Shown piece by piece: positions 1-7,510 of a stretch of 64,000 bases of DNA. The translations under genes were made by a program, and so were the position numbers. The DNA comes from Pseudonocardiaceae bacterium (GTDB lineage Bacteria; Actinomycetota; Actinomycetes; Mycobacteriales; Pseudonocardiaceae): assembly GCA_009377865.1 (NCBI GenBank), contig WHTH01000017.1:248-64247 (forward strand), given 5' to 3'. The notes beneath the pieces are model-generated. The model saw only the letters and a program-made list of their open reading frames with translations. It did not search any database and had not been told where the DNA came from. Every line of letters begins with the position of its first letter. Within the stretch, counting starts at the first letter, position 1.

Positions 1-1
1 G

Positions 2-391
2 CCCACATCCGGGCGACCGTGTGCTTACCATCTGCGGAAGCCCGGGCTGACCCGCCGCGCGAAACATCGAACACTCGCAGACCTGCTGCGCCGGCTCAAC
101 CCGGTGCTGCGGGGCTGGTGCAACTACTTCCATCACGGCGTGTCCGCGCGGACGTTCAGCTATGTCGATCACTTCGCCTTCTGGCGGATCATCGGCTGGC
201 TCCGCAAACGACACCTCGGGTTGAACATGCACACCCTGGTCCGACGCTTCCTGCCCGGCTGGCAGGTCCGCGCCGAAGGGATCGACATGTTCCGGCCACG
301 AGCGGTCGCCATCGTCCGCTACCGCTACCGGGGCACGAAGATCCCCACGCCATGGTCGAGGCCGCCCAGGACGCCTGCACCAGTGGCATGA
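2..391 (+). CDS. Group II intron reverse transcriptase/maturase, C-terminal part (partial, 5' end off-window)
   Basis: Frame 2 is open from the window edge. The translation ...LADLLRRLNPVLRGWCNYFHHGVSARTFSYVDHFAFWRIIGWLRKRH... carries the RGWxNYF maturase (domain X) signature. Stop is TGA at 389-391. Confidence 0.85.
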   Translation, partial: PTSGRPCAYHLRKPGLTRRAKHRTLADLLRRLNPVLRGWCNYFHHGVSARTFSYVDHFAFWRIIGWLRKRHLGLNMHTLVRRFLPGWQVRAEGIDMFRPRAVAIVRYRYRGTKIPTPWSRPPRTPAPVA

Positions 392-400
392 ACACGCGGA

Positions 401-434
401 GAGCCGGATGCGGTGGAAGCCGCACGTCCGGTTC
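401..434 (+). ncRNA. Group II intron domain V (catalytic hairpin)
   Basis: 34 nt, GAGCCGGAU-GCGGU-GGAA-GCCGC-AC-GUCCGGUUC. It has the AGC triad at positions 2-4, a 9-bp lower helix, a 2-nt AC bulge, a 5-bp upper helix and a GNRA loop. Confidence 0.85.
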
Positions 435-498
435 GGAGGGCGGGCCGCGGAAACCCACCAGCCGAGAGGCTGGCAGGGCGCCGCGGTCCGACCCCTAC

Positions 499-1006
499 AC
501 GCATTTCAGCGCCGCCCGCCGCGCGGCGGTCGCGATCCTCGACGTGGTCTCGCGCAAGTGGCTCACCACCCTGGTGTGTGCCGAGGAGACCTCGACCCAG
601 ATCGAGGTGGCCTTCACCGCCGCGCTGGCCGCCGAGGACCTGCTCGCCGCCGCCGATGCGCGGGCCACCGCGGCGCTGGTCGCGGCCCTCGAGTGTGGTG
701 ACCGCGACCGGGTCGCCTCGCTGACCGGGGGCGGGATCCTGGATCGAAAGCCTGTTCGGGCACGTCAAGGGCGACTGGCCACACCTGGAGCGCATCCGCG
801 ACCCCGGCGAACTCGACCGTGAGCTCGACCGGGCCCGCGACCAGTACAACACCGTGCGACTGCACGCCGGCATCGGCTACGTCACCCCCGACAACGAACA
901 CCACGGCCGCGGCGACGGCATCCGCGCCGCCCGCCGTGACAGCCTCGCCCACGCCCGGCCAGCCCGCATCACCTACCGTCGAACCACACCCGAGGACAAA
1001 CGATGA
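499..1006 (+). pseudogene. Integrase-core (DDE/rve) transposase remnant, frameshifted and internally deleted; apparent 3' exon of the intron
   Basis: One frame gives ...AILDVVSRKWLTTLVCAEETSTQIEVAFTAALAAEDLL.... From about 743 a second frame gives IESLFGHVKGDWPHLERIRDPGELDRELDRARDQYNTVRLHAGIGYVTPDNEHHGRG...*, with stop at 1004-1006. The central catalytic region is missing. Confidence 0.65.
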
Positions 1007-1164
1007 ACACCAGCCACCCGTGGATGGGTATTTCATCGCCCGACTGCTTCATTAACTCGGACACACCTCACCCGCCCCGCCACTGCATCCAGCAGCGCCG
1101 CGCCGCACCGGCCCGGGGCCGCGGCCACCCATCCCTCCTTCGTCCTCGATGACCCTGTCAATTG

Positions 1165-2451
1165 CTACAGTCCGTGCACGTTCGGGAGCCGCCGCGACCG
1201 CAGCGCCCCGTGGGCGTCTAGCGTCAGCCGAGCGGCCGGAAGTAACTCCGAGCCCACGTACTCGGCGTGCGGGGTGTGCAGCAGCACCAGGTCGGCGCTG
1301 GCCAGCAGGCTCCTGTCGAGGTCGGCGACCCGACTGCCCGGCGGGCCCTTGTCGACAGAGCCGAGCAGCGGATCGTGCCAGCGGATGTACGCACCCAGCT
1401 GGTGCAGGCGATCCATGATCGGAAATGCGGAGGACTCGCGGCTGTCTGCCACATCGGGCTTGTATCCGGCTCCGAGCAACACGATCCGGCTGCCCCGCAC
1501 GGGCATGCGTACCGAATTGAGCAGTCCGGTCACCCGGTCAACCACGTGGGTCGACATCCCGATGTTGATCAGCTCGGCCGTCTCCACCAGCCGGAGACAG
1601 CGGCCGCTGCGCCGAGTTTGCCGCGTCAGGTACATCGGATCGACGGGGATGCAGTGACCGCCGACCCCGGGGCCGGGGTGGAAGGGCAGGAACCCGAACG
1701 GCTTGGTAGCCGCGGCGTCGATCGCTTCGCGCAGGTCGATGCTGGTGCCGCTGTACATGGTTGCCAGCTCGTTGACCAGGGCGAGGTTGACGTGTCGGAA
1801 AGTGTTCTCCAGGATCTTTGCCAGCTCCGCCTCTGCGGCTCCAGACACCAGGTGCACCGTGTCGATGAAGGTCCCGTAAAACTCCGCGGCGAACTCACCG
1901 TCGGCCCTGGTCACCCCGCCGACCAACTTGGGGATCCGGGCCAGCGGGTACTCGCGGTTTCCCGGGTCGATCCGCTCGGGTGAGAACACCAGCCGCACGT
2001 CGGTGCCCGCGACCAGGGCCGTGCGTTCCCGCAGCCGGGGCGCGACCACCTCCTCGGTGGTGCCCGGCCAGGTGGTCGATTCCAGCACGACCAGATCGCC
2101 AGGCGCGAGCGTTTCGGCCACAGTGTCCACGGCCGCGAGCACCATGGACAGGTTGGGCACGCCGTCTCGCAGCGGAGTCGGCACGCAAACCAGGTAGACC
2201 TCGCAGGCGGCGAGGTCCCCGGGCTCGCCGGTCACCACGAGGTCACCCCGCTTCAGCGCGCGAGCGAGCGCGTCGTGGTCGAGATCCACCAGGCCGGTGC
2301 GGCCTGCCACGATGTCACACAGGCGGCCGGCGTCGACGTCGAACCCGGCCACGCGGTGCCCTGCCTCGCACATTGCGACCGCGAGGGGCAAGCCGACGTA
2401 GCCGAGGCCGAGCACGGCCACCTTGCGGCGCTTATCACTGCCGGGCAGCAT
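1165..2451 (-). CDS. Nucleotide-sugar 6-dehydrogenase (UDP-glucose/GDP-mannose dehydrogenase family; WecC/WbpA/TviB-like)
   Basis: ORF 1165-2640 was trimmed to the ATG at 2451 (MLPGSDKRRKVAVLGLGYVGLPLAVAM...). It has an N-terminal GxGxxG Rossmann motif and the GPGVGGHCIPVDP catalytic-Cys motif. Confidence 0.8.
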   Translation of the reverse strand: MLPGSDKRRKVAVLGLGYVGLPLAVAMCEAGHRVAGFDVDAGRLCDIVAGRTGLVDLDHDALARALKRGDLVVTGEPGDLAACEVYLVCVPTPLRDGVPNLSMVLAAVDTVAETLAPGDLVVLESTTWPGTTEEVVAPRLRERTALVAGTDVRLVFSPERIDPGNREYPLARIPKLVGGVTRADGEFAAEFYGTFIDTVHLVSGAAEAELAKILENTFRHVNLALVNELATMYSGTSIDLREAIDAAATKPFGFLPFHPGPGVGGHCIPVDPMYLTRQTRRSGRCLRLVETAELINIGMSTHVVDRVTGLLNSVRMPVRGSRIVLLGAGYKPDVADSRESSAFPIMDRLHQLGAYIRWHDPLLGSVDKGPPGSRVADLDRSLLASADLVLLHTPHAEYVGSELLPAARLTLDAHGALRSRRLPNVHGL

Positions 2452-2711
2452 TCGGCGTTCCTTCCCTCTCTGCGCGGGCGGGCGGAACGACACCCAACTC
2501 CGCGGCCAACCTCTCCAGTCCCGCCACCACCTCGGAGGCCAGGCCGAATCCCGCGAGCCGACGCCGACTGCCGGCACTTGTACTTCGGCGCACCCGGGTA
2601 GCGCACAGGACGCGACGGGTCGATCGGGGGCGACTCGCACAGGATGCTCAGCATCCCATCAAGATCGGCTCGAAACACCGCGGGGTCGCGGAACGCAACC
2701 GACGTCGATCA

Positions 2712-3233
2712 TCAGGAAGAAGTGGCCGATGTCGCCGTCGGCCCGCGAGCGAGGCCGCCCGTCCGCGGCATCCAGGCCTGCCCGGCGTCGGACAAGGTGC
2801 CGCACAGCACATCGGCCAGGATGGCCAGGCCGTAGCCCTTGTAGCCGCCCGTCTCCGGCGGGCCGCCGTCGGTCTCACCCTGGACGCACAGCCGGCTCAA
2901 CTCCCGGGCCTCGGCCAGCGTGGCGCTCATAGGCTTCTCCACGACGAACCTCCGGCAACCAAGGCGCACCGCTGCGGCCAAGACGGCGGCGTGGTCGGCC
3001 GGGCCCGGTGCAGACGTGCACCCTCGGCGCCCGGATCGCCTGCCGCGTCGGCCAACCGGTGGGACACGTGGACACCTCGCGGCAGCGTGGGATCCGCCGG
3101 GTCGACACGGATCCACCACGCGTATGTCCCCCGTGGCCAGGCCGAGTGCGACCAGGTCCGGCACGGCGGGCAGGTGGAACGAGCGGACTGCGTGCCCCAT
3201 GCCGACGACGACGTCGCGTGCGCGCACCATCAC
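2712..3233 (-). pseudogene. Chimeric remnant: Gfo/Idh/MocA N-terminal Rossmann part fused in frame to an Ldh_2-family C-terminal fragment
   Basis: The first ~105 aa (VVVGMGHAVRSFHLPAV...RLGCRRFVVEKPMSATLAEARELSRL) resemble the N-termini of the intact genes at 3658-4563 and 7507-9570. The tail, GGYKGYGLAILADVLCGTLSDAG, matches the GAYKGFGLGLMVEVLAALVSGAG motif of the Ldh_2 gene at 5079-6209. At 173 aa it is too short to be either enzyme. Confidence 0.6.
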
Positions 3234-3661
3234 CGCAGGTGTCCCGTCTCGGCGGACAGCGTGCCCTGTTGAAACTCAATCCGCCTGCCGACCGGCAGGG
3301 CGAGGTCGCCGGCGGTGACCAGGCGCTCGGCGCGGAGCACTATGTTGTAGTGGTTGGGAAAGTGGCAGGCGTCAAAACCGGCCACCACGCCGAGCCGGAC
3401 GTCACCGCAGGTGACGGTGTCGCCGACGTCAAGCACCCCCGCGTTGCAGACCTCGACGAACCCGAGGAAGCCGACTCGGTCCAGCCTGCTGCCCGCGGCC
3501 AGCCCGTCCTGGTCGGTGGTGAGCAGTTCATGTATCTCACCCGCGCGCACGCACCTGCTCTGCTCAGCGATGAGCGTCATGCCCCGGTCGGTTCGCTGGT
3601 GAAACAGCAGTTTCACCAGCGTGGCGTGCACGATCACCTTCGACAGGTCCACGCGGCTCAC
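3230..3661 (-). CDS. Hypothetical protein (~143 aa), family not recognised
   Basis: The GTG at 3661 overlaps the upstream stop (GTGA at 3658-3661). The stop at 3230 overlaps the next start. Amino-acid composition is protein-like (VIVHATLVKLLFHQRTDRGMTLIAEQ...), but no diagnostic motif was recognised. Confidence 0.45.
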   Translation of the reverse strand: MSRVDLSKVIVHATLVKLLFHQRTDRGMTLIAEQSRCVRAGEIHELLTTDQDGLAAGSRLDRVGFLGFVEVCNAGVLDVGDTVTCGDVRLGVVAGFDACHFPNHYNIVLRAERLVTAGDLALPVGRRIEFQQGTLSAETGHLR

Positions 3662-4563
3662 GCGGTCTTCCGCCCGGCACGGTAGGTCGCGGCCACCAGT
3701 TCGGTGACCATGCGCCCCGTGTCCTGCCGCCCCCGCCCGTGCAGCGCGGTCGCGACAAAATCGTCGACGACCCCGCGGTACTCGTGCCACAGCGAGGACT
3801 TGAACTGTGCGAAGCCGGCGAGCAGGTCGACACAGTCGCCCGGTCCGTCATCCCACTCAAGCCGGATCGCCTTGTCCTCGCCGTGGAAGGCCCAGTCCAG
3901 CGTGATCGCCGCCGTGCCGTGCGCCTCGGTGTCCAGCTCGATGATCGCCTGCTGGTCGGCCCCCGTGGCGGAGTACTCGAGCAACGCGGCCTGCAGCCGC
4001 AGCGGACCAAGCAGCCACAGCGCAAGGTCGAAGGCGTTGGAGCCGTTGTCGATGACGCAGCCTCCTCCGCAGCGCGCCGGGTCCAGGTACCACGCGTCGC
4101 TGTCGCAGTGCTCCTGGATGAGCTCGCGGTATGTCAGCTCGGCGCGCCGCGGCGGGACGCGGTGGCGGAGGCGGTCGGCCAGCGCGAGCGCATGGTGGTT
4201 GTAGCGGCGGTGGAACGCGGTGAACAGCGTCCGTCCTGTCGCAGCGGCGAGCTCGTCGAGCTCCGCTGCGTCCTCGGGGTCGACGGTCAGCGGCTTTTCG
4301 CAGCACACGTGCTTCCCCGCCAGGAGGGCGTCCCGGCACACGGCGTGGTGCAGGTCGTTGGGCAGGGTGACTACTATGGCGTCGACGTCGCGATCGGCGA
4401 GCACCAGGCGGAGATCCTCGACAAACACCACGCCGGGCGGCACCTGCCGGGCCTTGGCCGGGTCCCGGTCGCACACCACGGCCAGCTCGACCTCTGGATG
4501 CCACACCAGCGCGGGCAGGTAGTACCGCGCGATCGCCCCGACCCCAACGATTCCGACGCGCAT
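3658..4563 (-). CDS. Gfo/Idh/MocA-family NAD(P)-dependent oxidoreductase
   Basis: ORF 3658-5079 was trimmed to the ATG at 4563 (MRVGIVGVGAIARYYLPAL...), which is preceded by the RBS GAGGGAGGGG. It carries the EKP motif (CCEKPLTV), typical of inositol/sugar dehydrogenases. Confidence 0.8.
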   Translation of the reverse strand: MRVGIVGVGAIARYYLPALVWHPEVELAVVCDRDPAKARQVPPGVVFVEDLRLVLADRDVDAIVVTLPNDLHHAVCRDALLAGKHVCCEKPLTVDPEDAAELDELAAATGRTLFTAFHRRYNHHALALADRLRHRVPPRRAELTYRELIQEHCDSDAWYLDPARCGGGCVIDNGSNAFDLALWLLGPLRLQAALLEYSATGADQQAIIELDTEAHGTAAITLDWAFHGEDKAIRLEWDDGPGDCVDLLAGFAQFKSSLWHEYRGVVDDFVATALHGRGRQDTGRMVTELVAATYRAGRKTA

Positions 4564-5078
4564 CCTCGACAGCCCCTCCCTCAAGCGGTCACGTTGATCC
4601 GAGCGTCCCTCAGGGTCGATCACGGCGGCATCCGTCAGATGACGGGGGCGAGACGGCCGGCTGGCGCACAAGACGCACCTGTCGAGTGACGGGTTTCGCT
4701 TCCCCGCCATGACCGGTCCTGCTCGTCCGCTCGGTCTTCGACGCTGCACAGCCGTGCCGTCGAGTAAGTTGGTCTGCATAATCACACGCTCTTCCCCCGG
4801 CTCCCATTCGCTGGCCGACGGGTTTTTCCGAGGCGGCTTCCTCGTCGATGGCGGGCAAGCCAACCCGCCCAACTTCGCCGCAGACCCGCAGGCGTATCTG
4901 GTGCCGAGCCGCTTCGCCGGTGGCGCGGGAGCCTCGGCGCCGCCGGTGCTGCTCAACCTCCCGTTCCCACCCTGGCCGATCCTGCTGCTGATCGCCGAGG
5001 GGCGGGACGTCGGCGAGCGCCGCGAGGTGAGAGCGGGAGCCGGCGCCAGGCCCGACGTCCCGATTCGCAGTGGCGGCA

Positions 5079-6209
5079 TCAGTCCCCACCGATCGGGTCG
5101 GGAAACTCCAGCCCCAACGTGCCGGCGACGTCGCAGAGCTCCTGGTAGAGGGGTTCAGCGAGCGGCACACCGTCGCGGCGGTTGTAGTGTGCTCGCTCCG
5201 CTTCGTGCCAGCCGGGGTAAAGCACCGGTCCGTTGCCTCGGGAGGGGGGGCATGCGAGCAGCGTGTCGAACAGCGCATGCGCGTCGCGGTCGACATCCTC
5301 GGCCGGACGCAGGGCGCCGGGGGCGATCGCGGCAACCAGAAAGCCGATGTCGTCGTCGCGCCCGGATGAGGCACCGTCGCCGGCCAGCGCCTCCCGGCTC
5401 GGGCCCAGTCCTGCTCCGGACACCAGCGCCGCGAGCACCTCCACCATCAGGCCGAGGCCGAACCCCTTGTAAGCGCCCGAGCCGGAGCCGCTGCCTAGCC
5501 AGAGCAGATGTGCGTCACCGCGGTCGAAGGCCGCAGGATCGGTGACAGGATCGCCCCGGTCATCCGCCAACCATCCGTGCGGCGCCTGCCGCCCGGCACG
5601 GGCAGCCTCCCGCACGCGGCCCGCCGGCACCGCCGTCGTGCTCATGTCGAGAACGAACGGGTGGTGGCCTCCGGCAGGTGCGGCAACGCTCAGCGGATTG
5701 GTCCCGAGCATGGTGACCTGCCCGCCCGGCGGTCGCACGATGCGCTGCCTGCCACAGTTGGAGGCGACGATGCCCACCATGCCGCGTCGGACGGCCCGAA
5801 CGGCGTGGTGGCCGGCGCATCCGAAGTGGGTGGCAGCGCGCACCGAGATCATGCCGATGCCGTATGTGGCGGCGCGCTCCACGGCCATGTCCATGGCCTC
5901 GCTGGCGGCCCACAGGCCCAGCGCGCGGTGGGCGTCGACCAGCACGGCGGCTCCCCGGTCGGCGAGCACCTGTGGTTCGGCGCCCGGGTCGACCCGCGCG
6001 TCGTCGAACAACGGGAGGTACAACCCGGTGAGATTGGCCAGGCCATGCGTGCCCTGGCCGACCAGGTCGCTATAGCACAACGCCGTGGCCGCCATTCGGG
6101 CACGGTCGACCTGCATGCCGCGGTCGATGAAGACCGCCGCGACGAACGATAGGAGGTCGTCGTAGTCGACGCGGACATTCTGTTTCCCGGCCGGTCTCGC
6201 CTCCGTCAT
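5079..6209 (-). CDS. Ldh_2-family (malate/L-lactate/ureidoglycolate, Pyr2C/Pip2C reductase type) dehydrogenase
   Basis: Ldh_2-type motifs are present: ...GTHGLANL..., ATHFGCAGHH, MLGTNPLSVAAP, GAYKGFGLGLMVEVL. The start overlaps the upstream stop (ATGA at 6206-6209). Confidence 0.75.
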   Translation of the reverse strand: MTEARPAGKQNVRVDYDDLLSFVAAVFIDRGMQVDRARMAATALCYSDLVGQGTHGLANLTGLYLPLFDDARVDPGAEPQVLADRGAAVLVDAHRALGLWAASEAMDMAVERAATYGIGMISVRAATHFGCAGHHAVRAVRRGMVGIVASNCGRQRIVRPPGGQVTMLGTNPLSVAAPAGGHHPFVLDMSTTAVPAGRVREAARAGRQAPHGWLADDRGDPVTDPAAFDRGDAHLLWLGSGSGSGAYKGFGLGLMVEVLAALVSGAGLGPSREALAGDGASSGRDDDIGFLVAAIAPGALRPAEDVDRDAHALFDTLLACPPSRGNGPVLYPGWHEAERAHYNRRDGVPLAEPLYQELCDVAGTLGLEFPDPIGGD

Positions 6210-7510
6210 GGCGATGCCTTCGCGTGGCGCGCCCGACTGCGGCCAAAGCTGACGAGGAGTCTTGCAACCACGGCGGCGAAGCGCTCCAGCTCCGCCTTAT
6301 CGGCGAACTCCCCGGCAGCGTGCGCGTTGTTGGCGGCAAGGTCACCCGGGCCGCACACGGCAGTGAACACGTCAGGAACCCCGGCCATCCAGATGGCGTC
6401 GCAGGTAAAGGCGAGCTCGTCGTCCGGCCAGCGGGCGAGTCCGACCTCGCACTCCACCAGCCGTTCGCCCCACGGGTCGGCGCAGTTCAGGGTCGGAAGG
6501 CCGCGCTTGAGCCACTGCAGTCGAGTCACCGATGCCGCTTCCGCCGCGGTCAGCGCGAACTCCTGGATCCGGGCGAAGCGCCGGGAGAACTCGAATAGGC
6601 CCTCGCGCAATGCCGCCGCGAATGCGGACTCCAGCTGTCGCCCGGCTGCAGCCGAGGCGTATGACATGTTCACCAGTAGCTCCCCGGTCCCGTAGACCCG
6701 GTTGTGCAGTGGACCGGTGTGCAGCCCTGCGATGCACATCCGTCCGTCGGACACGGCTGGCGCGAGGGCCAGGCCGAGGTGCTGGGCGAGGAAGCCGAGT
6801 AACACGCTGGCGTTGTGGCCGCGTTCGGGCCGGTCGTCGATGGCGTCCTGGCCGTCGATGCGCACCCGGGCCGTCGTCGCGGCCGTCGCGCGGGGCAGGT
6901 ATCGCAGGCCGGTAGGCTCGCAGAAAAGGTTGAGGCGGCCCACGAATCCCCGCTCGACGAGCGGTCGAGTGCCGAACGTGCCCATGGCACCGCCTTCCTC
7001 TCCGGCTACTGCCTGGATGAGGACAGCGACGTCGGCTCCGATGGCTGGCTCGGTCTGGAGGGCGGCACGGACGCCGGCGAGGAGTGCGACGGCGGGTCCT
7101 TTTGCGTCGATCGCTCCGCGCCCGTGAAAACGGTCACCGTCGAAACGGGCCGGCTCCAGGCCTGCAACGGTGTCCAGGTGAACGTTGAACATGACCGTTG
7201 CGGCCCGCGGTAGTGGTGGTCCCAGCCGCAGAACAAGGCTTGGCTGGGTGTCCAGGAAGCTGGGGATCGTGGTGACAGCCCGACGAACGATCAGGGGGAC
7301 GTCGTCGCGTCGGAGCTCCTCCGGCTTCGCCGCGGCGTGGTGGACAGGGATGAACCCCAGATCGACTGCAGCCTCGCGGTAGGACCGCTGCGCTTCCCAC
7401 AGCTGCGCCGGCGGGTCGTCCGATCCGCTCTCCAATGGGCCCGCAGTGGGGGTGCGCAGCAGCTGCATCAGCAGGTCGCGGTCGGCATCCGACAGCTGGG
7501 CCGCGCTCAT
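6206..7510 (-). CDS. M20-family metallohydrolase (ArgE/DapE/amidohydrolase-like)
   Basis: Motifs NVHLDTV, GRGAIDAKG and VAGEEGG are present. The start was set at the ATG at 7510 (MSAAQLSD...), which forms an ATGA overlap with the upstream stop at 7507. The ORF track starts at 7543. Confidence 0.7.
   Translation of the reverse strand: MSAAQLSDADRDLLMQLLRTPTAGPLESGSDDPPAQLWEAQRSYREAAVDLGFIPVHHAAAKPEELRRDDVPLIVRRAVTTIPSFLDTQPSLVLRLGPPLPRAATVMFNVHLDTVAGLEPARFDGDRFHGRGAIDAKGPAVALLAGVRAALQTEPAIGADVAVLIQAVAGEEGGAMGTFGTRPLVERGFVGRLNLFCEPTGLRYLPRATAATTARVRIDGQDAIDDRPERGHNASVLLGFLAQHLGLALAPAVSDGRMCIAGLHTGPLHNRVYGTGELLVNMSYASAAAGRQLESAFAAALREGLFEFSRRFARIQEFALTAAEAASVTRLQWLKRGLPTLNCADPWGERLVECEVGLARWPDDELAFTCDAIWMAGVPDVFTAVCGPGDLAANNAHAAGEFADKAELERFAAVVARLLVSFGRSRARHAKASP

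Larger units (their letters stand above)
1..498 (+). mobile_element. 3' portion of a bacterial group II intron: IEP C-terminus, domain V, domain VI and predicted 3' splice site. The 5' part lies outside the window.
   Basis: The maturase-type ORF ends at 391. A textbook domain V follows at 401-434. A domain VI-like helix (CCGCGG arms, inner CCAGCC-GAGA-GGCUGG hairpin) has a bulged A at 491, 7 nt before ...CCCCUAC ending at 498. From 499 the sequence switches to an unrelated transposase reading frame. Confidence 0.8.

Noticed and set aside
1165-2640. N-terminal extensions of several tabulated ORFs: 1165-2640, 3658-5079, 14965-16947, 16395-17645, 49210-50466, 50172-51344, 24663-25643, 26215-27429, 34016-35566, 38628-40166 and 56148-59192
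   Set aside because: The extensions are Arg/Pro/Ala-rich and overlap upstream genes. Internal ATG or GTG codons with RBSs or 4-nt stop/start overlaps give N-termini that match family expectations, so the genes were trimmed.
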